A stretch of 32,000 nt of DNA from Candidatus Harpocratesius repetitus (GTDB taxonomy: Archaea > Asgardarchaeota > Lokiarchaeia > Sigyniarchaeales > Promethearchaeaceae), in the NCBI GenBank assembly GCA_021498095.1, contig JAIZWK010000001.1, positions 3,870,001 to 3,902,000 on the forward strand, in the 5' to 3' direction. Both the position numbers and the translations under genes were made by a program. Positions 1 to 8,519 of the stretch are shown here, piece after piece; position 1 is the first letter of the stretch; every line of letters starts with the position of its first letter. Under the pieces are notes generated by a model that ran no database searches, had not been told where the DNA came from, and worked only from the letters and a program-made list of their open reading frames with translations.

Positions 1-493
1 TCTTATAGAACTTTCTCTTGTTGTAATATCATTTTTGGTAAATATTGCATTTAATAATGGAATTAAAATAAAAAAACTAAAAAATATAAACGTTGAAGTC
101 AAAATACATTGGGCTGATTTGAATATGAATAGACCAGTAAATAATTTTGAGCAAGGATTAGCTATAATTATTAAAAATATTGGAGAAACACCTGTAATCA
201 TCTCGAACTGTGGAATTTCTGTCACAGGACAAAGAAATGAGATATATTTCAGAAATGTAAGTCCAATTAAATTACCATTTAGATTATTAGAAGGGGAAAT
301 ACTTACTTTAATGGGGAGATTCGCAGATTTGAATAATTTTCTAAATCATAAAAAATTATTTAATGAAACCGTTCATGTAAAAGGATTTATTTTTACTGAT
401 TTTGGGGAAAAAATCACTACTAGTAATTCCTTGGAATATAATGCTGAAGAAATTCAGAGAATGCATTTAAATGGTAGTGAAATAAACAATTAA
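1..493 (+). CDS. Membrane-anchored hypothetical protein with beta-rich (Ig-like?) domain, 5'-partial
   Basis: The frame is open from base 2 (LIELSLVVISFLVNIAFNN, a hydrophobic helix), so the gene starts left of the window and not at TTG 35. Motifs IIIKNIGETPVIISNCGI / LPFRLLEGE / FIFTDFGEK align by eye with the C-terminal domain of 763..1710. Confidence 0.75.
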   Translation, partial: LIELSLVVISFLVNIAFNNGIKIKKLKNINVEVKIHWADLNMNRPVNNFEQGLAIIIKNIGETPVIISNCGISVTGQRNEIYFRNVSPIKLPFRLLEGEILTLMGRFADLNNFLNHKKLFNETVHVKGFIFTDFGEKITTSNSLEYNAEEIQRMHLNGSEINN

Positions 494-812
494 AGATTTT
501 TTTTCGTATTTCTGTGGGAATCGAACCAAAATCATGATTTCCGTGCATGATATAATCATCTTCAATGCGAATTTGCTCGTCATCATCCTCAATTTCTAAA
601 ATCACATAAATATCAATGAGTTGGATAAATTTCTTCAGATCCGGGGATTTGATACATGAGAGATCAAGAGGGATCTTGACTTCTTTCATGGAATGAAAAT
701 AGGATGACAGTTCAAAAATGGGGATGTGATCGGGGAAGTATAATAAAAAAACAAATAGAATTTCATTTCCATTCTTGAAGTTCAATAAGATCTGAATAGA
801 ACATCTCTTCAT
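420..812 (-). CDS. Hypothetical protein (acidic patch), start uncertain
   Basis: 130-aa ORF with a protein-like core (KKFIQLIDIYVILEIEDDDEQIRIEDD), but it overlaps both neighbours by 50-74 bp. It may be a fragment. Confidence 0.35.
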   Translation of the reverse strand: MKRCSIQILLNFKNGNEILFVFLLYFPDHIPIFELSSYFHSMKEVKIPLDLSCIKSPDLKKFIQLIDIYVILEIEDDDEQIRIEDDYIMHGNHDFGSIPTEIRKKIFNCLFHYHLNAFSEFLQHYIPRNY

Positions 813-1710
813 TTGACCTAAAATATGCTTTAACTTTTAGAGGAAATGTGTATCCATTTTCTTTCGAAAGTTCATCAAATTTTTTTCTAATAATATATGC
901 TGAACAAGATTCTCCATCATTTAGTGTTTTTGGTAAATCCGTTCCCAATATTTTCTGTGGATTTTCCATTTCTAACATATTTTCAGTAAATCCATCATAA
1001 AATAATTTACCAGAAGTAATCCCTTTTGGCGGTGCGATTGTTATTTTAATTTTTTCATCTTCATGCATTATTCCATATTCTTGTATAATTATTGGTCTTG
1101 TGCTAATGTTTACTGCTTGTATTGAAATGATCGCTTCCTTAGTAATCGTTGGTGCTAATGTTACTGGATTCAATGAAACTTTCAATTTTTTTTTCTCAAC
1201 ACCACCTTTCGAAAGAATGATTTCTTCTATATCTTCAATTTTTAACCTACGTTTAGATCCGTCCATACGAACCCAAAATTCATAAGTTAGAAAATTAGGT
1301 GCTGATGGATTATCCCCTTGTCGAATTCCGTAAATTCCATTCTCTTTAGGTATTATTTTTATTGCTACAACATATTTTCCATTTGAAAGTGGAATTGGCT
1401 TAAATATTGGAAAGGGACTTAATATTGGATCAATTTTTTTTGGTAAAACATCATTCAATATCGTTTTTATCGCATCAACCTTAGTCTTTTCAATTCCAAT
1501 TACTTTTATCGGTGAATCTTGAATCCCAAAAAATAAAAATCCAACCAATGATCCATTTGCAAATGCAATAATATCACTTCTTAACTCATTTACATCGTTA
1601 TGAAAATCAATTTTATATTCAATTTGAAATGATTCAAAATTCATAGGATCAGCTTCAATTTTCATTAGTAATGCTTCATCTAATTCGTCAAAACTTGGAA
1701 TGGAAGACAT
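763..1710 (-). CDS. Schlafen/AlbA_2-domain protein with C-terminal beta-rich domain (putative defence RNase)
   Basis: AlbA_2 hallmarks ESFQIEYK, DIIAFANGSLVGFLFFGIQD and VRMDGSKRRL. ATG at 1710 (MSSIPSF) is preferred over TTG at 1725. Confidence 0.85.
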   Translation of the reverse strand: MSSIPSFDELDEALLMKIEADPMNFESFQIEYKIDFHNDVNELRSDIIAFANGSLVGFLFFGIQDSPIKVIGIEKTKVDAIKTILNDVLPKKIDPILSPFPIFKPIPLSNGKYVVAIKIIPKENGIYGIRQGDNPSAPNFLTYEFWVRMDGSKRRLKIEDIEEIILSKGGVEKKKLKVSLNPVTLAPTITKEAIISIQAVNISTRPIIIQEYGIMHEDEKIKITIAPPKGITSGKLFYDGFTENMLEMENPQKILGTDLPKTLNDGESCSAYIIRKKFDELSKENGYTFPLKVKAYFRSNEEMFYSDLIELQEWK

Positions 1711-1806
1711 GTATGATTGAATCAAATTAAATTTTTATTATTTATCACCTTATTAAATTTTTAAAATTTGATTTAGGACTATTTTTTGATTAATAATGAA
1801 ATTTAA

Positions 1807-2289
1807 TCATTAATATTTCTTATTGAAGCTAAAGAGATATTACTCCGATTTAATGAAAAATTTAACAGATTAGAAAAAAACTTATTTATTAATTATTAAA
1901 AAAATAAATCCACAAAAACTCAAGTATAATTGAAGTTTACAAGAAAAGAAAAAGATGTTCAATATGAACAGAAATCTAATCTCCCTGATTCTCGCATAAT
2001 TGATGGTTTCATTCTTATTTTAAGACAATTCGTTCAAAACAACGATCCTATCAGTATTAGGAATATGTAAAAATTATATGATTCTCTCTCAAATAAACTC
2101 ATTGAATAAATAAAAGATTTTTTGGAGTATATTTTAGGATTTAGCAAATCTGAGAAGAATGATATCAAATTTCCGGAATTAAAAGATAGTGAGATTCAAA
2201 TCGAAACCAGTGATATAAAAGAAATTTCTGCAAAAATGAAAGAATTATTGCGATTTATTAAAGAAAAAACCTGTGAAAAATATAATTAG
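1807..2289 (+). pseudogene. Decayed hypothetical gene
   Basis: Frame +1 reads AKEILLRFNEKFNRLEKNLFINY*...LPDSRIIDGFILILRQFVQNNDPISIRNM*KLYDSLSNKLIE*IKDFLEYILGFSKSEKNDIKFPELKDSEIQIETSDIKEISAKMKELLRFIKEKTCEKYN*. This is protein-like text broken by TAA codons, with no clean start. Confidence 0.6.
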
Positions 2290-2384
2290 GTTGCAACTCC
2301 AAAAAAACGATGAAAGATATTGATATTTTTTTGTTTTCACGGAAACTAGAATTATAAACGAATAATTTGAAGGAAAGTTTTACA

Positions 2385-3240
2385 ATGAAACTTCTAAATA
2401 AAACTTTAAAGACAATTACAGTTGAAGATATTCTCGAGATAGATAATCAACCTGAAAATTTTGAATCTTTGCAAATTGAATATATGATAAAATTTGATGG
2501 AAATACTTCTGAATTAAGAAACGATTTTATACAATTTGCTAATAGTCATCAAGATGGCATTCTAATTTTTGGAATACAAGACGATCCAAAAAGAATAATA
2601 GGGATTGAGAAAAATGAAGTCGATGGAATAAAAAAAGTTTTAAATAATGTATTAAAAAAAATGGTCTCCCCAATACTTTCTCCTTTCCCAGAATATAGAG
2701 CAATTAGAATCAATGAAGAAAAATATGTGTTTCTCATCAATATTAAAGCCAAAGAAATAGGTATTTATGCAATTCAAGGGAATGATAACCCAAATCATAA
2801 GGATTATTATAAATATCAATTTTGGATACAATTAGATGGGAATAAACACCGAATGAATATTCATGAATTAGTGGAGTTAATTGAACAAAAGAAAAACGAG
2901 TTATAAAAGAGTTAGATGTGAGTTTACAGACAGTTATTATCCCTAAAATACGAAAAGAACTCCAATTTTATGTGAAAGCGGTAAATAAATCAACTCCTCC
3001 GATAAAAATTACATCGTATGGTTTAAAAATAGTCAATTCTGATTTTGAAATTGTAATCATACCAAACAGTATTCAAAACATATGAGTCTGTTCACCTTTA
3101 CCTAAAATCGATAACGATGGAGATGATTGTATTGCGTTTTATCCTAAATTAAATTTAACCGAAGATTTAAGGAAACATGGATAAATACTAATGATAGAAA
3201 ATTCTATTTAAAAATTAGTGATCTTATTCTAAGTGATTGA
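2385..3240 (+). pseudogene. Second Schlafen/AlbA_2 paralog, C-terminal domain frameshifted and interrupted
   Basis: 2385..2906 aligns closely with 763..1710 (FESLQIEY, FIQFANSHQDGILIFGIQD, PILSPFP, FWIQLDGNKHRM). The homologous C-terminal domain continues in the -1 frame from ~2888 (KELDVSLQTVII...VKAVNKSTPPIKITSYGL...LPKIDNDGDDC), with TGA at 3083 and TAA at 3182, and a last piece in another frame ending at 3240. Confidence 0.8.
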
Positions 3241-3256
3241 AAATATGAAAAAAAAA

Positions 3257-3625
3257 TTATTCTATATCTTCATTATCAAGTGAATTAAACTGTTGTTTAT
3301 TTTTATAGAAAATATCTTTCTCAGGAATTTTTCCATCAGCTTCATATATTTCACAACCATGAATTTTGTTTTCAGCGATAAATAAAAATTCTTCTTTGCA
3401 ATTTTCACATATAGCATCTAATTCTACAATAGAACCACTTTCATCAGAAGTATCGGCACCTAAATCTGGTGGAGAAACCCCAATCCTCAAACCTTTATAA
3501 TTTGAAAAATTACATTTTTTGTGATAAAATCCGATTTCAAAAGATCCTCCTTCTACCATTAACTCAAACATTCCTTCTGCACATTCCCATTTCCCATTTA
3601 AGAAAAAGTCTCGATTATTTACCAT
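3257..3625 (-). CDS. Hypothetical protein, possible metal-binding (CxxC)
   Basis: 122-aa ORF with ATG start and normal composition. Contains CENC plus further Cys/His residues. Confidence 0.7.
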   Translation of the reverse strand: MVNNRDFFLNGKWECAEGMFELMVEGGSFEIGFYHKKCNFSNYKGLRIGVSPPDLGADTSDESGSIVELDAICENCKEEFLFIAENKIHGCEIYEADGKIPEKDIFYKNKQQFNSLDNEDIE

Positions 3626-3759
3626 AAATTATGATAATATTTACATTATTTTAATATTTATTATTCACTTTTCAGACATGCTTACTTTGTAGACATTTAA
3701 GTGACGGTTAAAAGAACTCTAACTTATATTTTTACTTTCGATAGACTCGTTGATTTTTT

Positions 3760-3941
3760 GTATCATAAGTGTGATTACACTTGTATTACAGGAAAAAAGA
3801 TAGAATTCGACACTTCTGATTTGGTATTTAAGGGTATTACAAGTGTGATACTTTTAGTACAACTTCCAAGGGGATCCGTTCTTCACGTATTACAAGTGTA
3901 ATACGTGAATCTGTATCACTAGTGTGATACAATTGTATTAT
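3760..3941. promoter_or_regulatory. Cluster of palindromic GTATYAC-N4-GTRATAC sites (operator- or centromere-like)
   Basis: Sites at 3760-3777 (imperfect), 3834-3851, 3887-3904 (inside a perfect 13-bp inverted repeat at 3882-3909) and 3913-3930, with extra half-sites at 3783-3789 and 3935-3941. The spacer is AAGT/TAGT. The cluster lies between divergent genes. Confidence 0.7.
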
Positions 3942-4075
3942 AAAATTAATATTCAAATCAAAGAATTTATTTTGTTAAATCTATTAAAACATGGATTACG
4001 GTTCACTTTTTAATTCAATTTTTTTATTTATTAGTAAATATACTATTTTATTAATAAAACATAATTGTTAATTAT

Positions 4076-5018
4076 ATGACATCTGAAATAGATTGGTCTA
4101 ATATTATATCTTGGATCTCACTTTTTCTTTCAATTTTTGCTCTACTACTAAACTTTAAACAATTTAGCATTGAAAACAAACCCAAAATTGTTTCTACAGG
4201 AAGCATTAAATATAAAATTGTAAATATAAGAGGCTTTAGTAATTTTTTTTAATTTAATCAAAATCTATCTTTTGAGCCAATTTTCATGACAATACTTCCA
4301 TGCATCCAATTATTATTTGAGTCGGTATTTTTACAATCTTAAATTCGATTAATAATTTCATATTTTTATCATTTTTCTTTGAATTATTGACTTAATCTTA
4401 TTTTTTTTCTTTAACTATCTTTCGACAAATTTAAAATTAGGATAGATTTGGGGATTGTGGAAAATTTAGAGAAGATTTTCGGATTTCCTTCAATTCTTTG
4501 AATTCTGCTATAACCTCATAAAACAATGTAAAAAAAAGCATTTTTTTATGGTAAATAACGAAATTAAAGTTTATATAAGTAATAAGCACAAATCTAATTA
4601 TATTATACAATCTATAATTCTTCGAATTAAATATGCTTATTTTTCAAATAACAGAATCCTTAAATGGTTAACTCTTAAGAAATTAATTTTCAATAAAAAA
4701 GAAATGATTTTTGAAGGAAAAAATTCGCGATTGAACAAATTTCTTATTTCTGAAGGAAATAAAGTACCTTTAAATCTACCATTCAACTTGTCGAATACTC
4801 AAAAAATAATTATTGAAACAGAAAACATCGGTATATTTCTATCTTCATTTACAAAAAATCTTCAAAATGGACAGGTAATTTATAAAAAACCATATAAATT
4901 TCAAATTTGGATCGAAAATAATCATGGAAACAAATTTTCTCTGATAAAACGATTGGGAATTCCAATTTGGATCGGTTTTTATCCAAAAAATTGTAAAAAA
5001 ACTCAAATTAAATTCTAA
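4076..5018 (+). pseudogene. Membrane-anchored beta-rich-domain gene apparently split by a 298-bp insert
   Basis: 4076..4252 encodes 58 aa with an N-terminal hydrophobic helix (NIISWISLFLSIFALLLNF-KQ..KPKI). 4548..5018 encodes the matching domain (IKVYISN..NYIIQSIIL, LPFNLSN, IWIENNHGNKF). Removing 4250..4547, which lies between ATTTTTTT direct repeats, gives one in-frame 214-aa protein. Confidence 0.5.
4548..5018 (+). CDS. Hypothetical beta-rich-domain protein (may be expressed alone, or be the 3' part of the split gene)
   Basis: 156-aa ORF with ATG start. Motifs are shared with 1..493. Confidence 0.55.
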   Translation: MVNNEIKVYISNKHKSNYIIQSIILRIKYAYFSNNRILKWLTLKKLIFNKKEMIFEGKNSRLNKFLISEGNKVPLNLPFNLSNTQKIIIETENIGIFLSSFTKNLQNGQVIYKKPYKFQIWIENNHGNKFSLIKRLGIPIWIGFYPKNCKKTQIKF

Positions 5019-5155
5019 TATTGATGAGAAAAAATGATTTTTCTAAAAAAATTTTTATGATATTTTTTTCTTTACGTGTTTTTGAATATATATTTTTTTT
5101 TCACTTTGATACTCTTATTAAGTTAAGAAATCACGTTGAATATACTATCTACTAA

Positions 5156-8100
5156 TCAATAATTGATCTTTAACTCAATTTCATTAAGTAATTCATCGTT
5201 TACATGATATAATTTTGTAACTATTTTATCGTTCATTTTTAATGTATCATCATGAAATGAAGTATATTCTTCAAATTTATTCCAGAATTGAATTATATTT
5301 GTAAAAACTTCCACATCTTGAATTTTGATTTTACTTTTTTTCATATAATCTAAAAATTCGTCTTTTCCTTGCATTATACGTTGTAATAGTGAGAAATACT
5401 TATTTTTAAGAGAGATTCCTTGATTCATTTCAATATAATCTAAGAAAATTTCAAGATCTTTCTTGAATTTCTTCCCTCTATCAATTAAATCTAAAGTGTT
5501 TTGTTCGAGATTCTTAATTAAATCCTTATTTTCATTACTAATTATAGGAATAGGGAAATTTTTTATATCTCCGGAATTAAGTTTTGGAAATAATTGCTTT
5601 TTCGCATTTGCACTTCTTTTATTGTGAATATATGTCATTATTTTTGAATTTAATAAACCTAAAATATAAATTAAAGAATAATTCATATTCTTTTGCGTTA
5701 GAACCGCACAGGTATTTTTTACAATTGCATCTTCAGGAATATATGATGCCCAAATAGTTGGATTTACAACTTGTCTCACGACTACTTTTTCTTCTTTAAA
5801 AATTTCTTCTTTTCTTGATTCTGCAAGATGATCTCCATAATCAATATAACTGTCCTTTAAACCACTCATCCAATAATAGTTAAACTTATGTATATTAATT
5901 CCATCAATAAACATTCTATTATGTCGTTTAGTTTTTTTTGGACTGAGATAAATATTCTTTTTCTTATCTTCAAGTGTCTGTTTTTTGGTTGGATCACTGA
6001 ATGATCGTCCTTTTCCTGTTTGATATACTTTGACTCCAAAAATTATATTATAGTATTTTTTCATAGGAACTGTAAATTCTTTTAAAAAGTGTAATTCATC
6101 TACTTTTAATCGTAATTTATTATCTAAATCACTAAATTTTAACGATGTAAATGTATTTTTTTCTAATTCAAATATAGACAACTTATTTCTATCTAAATTT
6201 TTTAAATCCTTCAATAATATTCCATGATTTTGTGTTTTATTTAATAACGTAAAAATACAGCAAGGATAATTCACTTCTTCAAAGATATCGTCCCCTAAAT
6301 CTATAATTTTTATATTATGAGATCTATTTAGTAATAATTTTCGAACGTCAACAAAATCAGGCATTTCAATTATTCCGTTTGGAACAATATAACCTAAAAC
6401 ACCATTTTCAGATAATAAATTCAAGCCTTGTTCTATAAACATCTTGAAAGAATTAACTACTCTAAAAGATGATTTCTTATATTTTTCTTTTAAATACTCG
6501 AATGTTTTTGAATCAAATTTTGCACCCCAAGGTGGATTACCAATTACAATGTCAAATTTTTGTTTATTTAATTTACCCTTAAAAGCATTTTCCCAAGAAA
6601 ATGCTTTATTACCTGCAAATTCTGGATCATCAATTAAAGAATTTCCACATTTTATATAATCATTTAAATTTGTTAATTTTTCATTCTTTCTACATATTTT
6701 AAAGAAGATAGACAGTTTTGTAATTTCGACTGATTCTGCGTTCAAGTCTACACCAAAGATATTATTCATTATAATCCATTTAATTTCTTGAATTTCATTA
6801 AATTGAGTCATTTGAACGAATTTTACCTTCTTTTTCCCTTTATACCCTTTTCCACGATCTTTTTTAACAACAGAATATTCTGTTTCAAAATCACCTCTTG
6901 CAATTTTAAAGTCAAGAATTTCACGTTTAATTTCTAACAAAATTTCAATTGATTTCAGCAAAAATGCACCAGATCCACAAGAGATGTCAACAATTTTCAT
7001 TTCTTTTATTTTTCTATCTAATTTTTCAATAGAATCACTATATTCATCAATAAGAGTTAAAATAGAATTGCTTCCAGATTTTGACAAATATGGTATTATT
7101 GTATTTCGACAAATATAATCAGTAATATATTCTGGAGTATAATAGATTCCATCGGTCTTTCTTTTTGTGATTTCTGCTTCTTCTCGTAAAATTTCAATAT
7201 CTGAAATTGATTGCTCGAAAATATGTCCTAATATCTCAACAGAAACTTCAGAATTAAAGTCGAATGATCCCATAATTAATATGTTTTTTATGATGGGATT
7301 GATTTTTCCTTCAAAAACGTTAAAAATTTTTTCAACATCAGAATTTAAAGTAGGATTCTCCTTTAATTTGGAATTTTCATCAAACTCTTTGAAGAATTCT
7401 TCAGATCTTAAATCCCTAAAAGACAGATTCTTTGGGAATATCTCTTTAAAAAGTTCACCATTAAATCCAAATAATTTAATAGGGTGATCTGACCCTTGAT
7501 CTAGTTTCCTAAATAACTCTCCAATTATTTTTGATATAAATATAGATTCTTCATCGAAGATTAAAGGATTTTCTAATAATTTCAGAATAGTCCTCTGAAC
7601 GATTTGTTTTTCCATTTTACCTGTGCTTTCTGCAAAAAATATAAAAATCATTCGATTTAAAAAAAGTTGAGCATATCTAATTGAGGTTTTTCTATCAAAA
7701 CCACATAATTCATATTCTTTGATTAAATATAATCGAGTTTCGTGAAATATTTTATAAAATTCATTAGAAAATTCCTTCTCTTCACTTTTTGTTTCATAAG
7801 TCAATTCATCATGAAAGTTTTCATCAAATATTGATTTCTTTGAGAATAATGCAATAAATTCTTTCAATTGGTTAATATCATCAGCTATTTTTAAAAATTT
7901 AAAATAATAAAATCTTTTTAGACCTGTGTGCAAATTTAATAAAATAAAATCGTTATAATTTGTACATACTCCAAATGGTATTTGATGAAAACTGATATAT
8001 GACCAGAGTTGCTCTATTGGTGTCTTTCTTCCAAATTTCGTTCTATTTTGCTTTTTGAATAAATCTTTTGTTTTTAATCCTTTTACTTCAAAACATACAC

Positions 8101-8365
8101 CATAATGGTTAGTTTTTTGATTAATTATTGCAAATTCCATATTATCTTTCTCATGAGAAAGACTTTCAAGACTTATATCATAATTTAAAATATTTTTCAA
8201 GATAATGTTTGCAAATTCTAAATAAGCATTCTTTTCACTTTCTAGTTTTCCCTCATTAATGTATTCAAGCCATTTCTCCGCATTTTTTATTTGTTTTGTG
8301 TTTAATTCAATGTTATTCAAAATCTTTTTTATTGCTTTATTAGAGTACAGATTAGGTTTCATCAT
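5156..8365 (-). CDS. Type IIG (Eco57I-like) fused restriction endonuclease / N6-adenine methyltransferase
   Basis: N-terminal PD-(D/E)XK region (CFEVKG, TPIEQLWSY, GVCTNY), GIYYTPEYITDYIC, motif I DISCGSGAFL, motif IV IVIGNPPW and a TaqI_C-like target recognition domain (IYILGLLNSK). GAGG lies 5 nt before the ATG. Confidence 0.92.
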   Translation of the reverse strand: MMKPNLYSNKAIKKILNNIELNTKQIKNAEKWLEYINEGKLESEKNAYLEFANIILKNILNYDISLESLSHEKDNMEFAIINQKTNHYGVCFEVKGLKTKDLFKKQNRTKFGRKTPIEQLWSYISFHQIPFGVCTNYNDFILLNLHTGLKRFYYFKFLKIADDINQLKEFIALFSKKSIFDENFHDELTYETKSEEKEFSNEFYKIFHETRLYLIKEYELCGFDRKTSIRYAQLFLNRMIFIFFAESTGKMEKQIVQRTILKLLENPLIFDEESIFISKIIGELFRKLDQGSDHPIKLFGFNGELFKEIFPKNLSFRDLRSEEFFKEFDENSKLKENPTLNSDVEKIFNVFEGKINPIIKNILIMGSFDFNSEVSVEILGHIFEQSISDIEILREEAEITKRKTDGIYYTPEYITDYICRNTIIPYLSKSGSNSILTLIDEYSDSIEKLDRKIKEMKIVDISCGSGAFLLKSIEILLEIKREILDFKIARGDFETEYSVVKKDRGKGYKGKKKVKFVQMTQFNEIQEIKWIIMNNIFGVDLNAESVEITKLSIFFKICRKNEKLTNLNDYIKCGNSLIDDPEFAGNKAFSWENAFKGKLNKQKFDIVIGNPPWGAKFDSKTFEYLKEKYKKSSFRVVNSFKMFIEQGLNLLSENGVLGYIVPNGIIEMPDFVDVRKLLLNRSHNIKIIDLGDDIFEEVNYPCCIFTLLNKTQNHGILLKDLKNLDRNKLSIFELEKNTFTSLKFSDLDNKLRLKVDELHFLKEFTVPMKKYYNIIFGVKVYQTGKGRSFSDPTKKQTLEDKKKNIYLSPKKTKRHNRMFIDGINIHKFNYYWMSGLKDSYIDYGDHLAESRKEEIFKEEKVVVRQVVNPTIWASYIPEDAIVKNTCAVLTQKNMNYSLIYILGLLNSKIMTYIHNKRSANAKKQLFPKLNSGDIKNFPIPIISNENKDLIKNLEQNTLDLIDRGKKFKKDLEIFLDYIEMNQGISLKNKYFSLLQRIMQGKDEFLDYMKKSKIKIQDVEVFTNIIQFWNKFEEYTSFHDDTLKMNDKIVTKLYHVNDELLNEIELKINY

Positions 8366-8519
8366 TTTTCCTCAAGATAACTATAATATATTCTCTATTC
8401 AACATATAATAAAATTTACTTCGATTTTTTTTATGATTCATCAATCTCGGAATACAATTATAATATGGAAAACCTTACTACAGGGAGTTTTTTTCTAGAT
8501 TTTTCATTACAATTTAGTT

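Noticed and set aside
2886-2906. Programmed -1 frameshift producing a full-length second Schlafen
   Set aside because: G_AAA_AAC is not a canonical X_XXY_YYZ heptamer, and the -1 frame has further stops at 3083 and 3182.
3701-3901. 66-aa ORF
   Set aside because: It has a GTG start, lies over the palindrome cluster and shows no protein-like features.
1100-8498. ORFs 1100..1285, 2549..2752, 6444..6659, 7167..7487, 8259..8498
   Set aside because: These are antisense shadows of well-supported genes.
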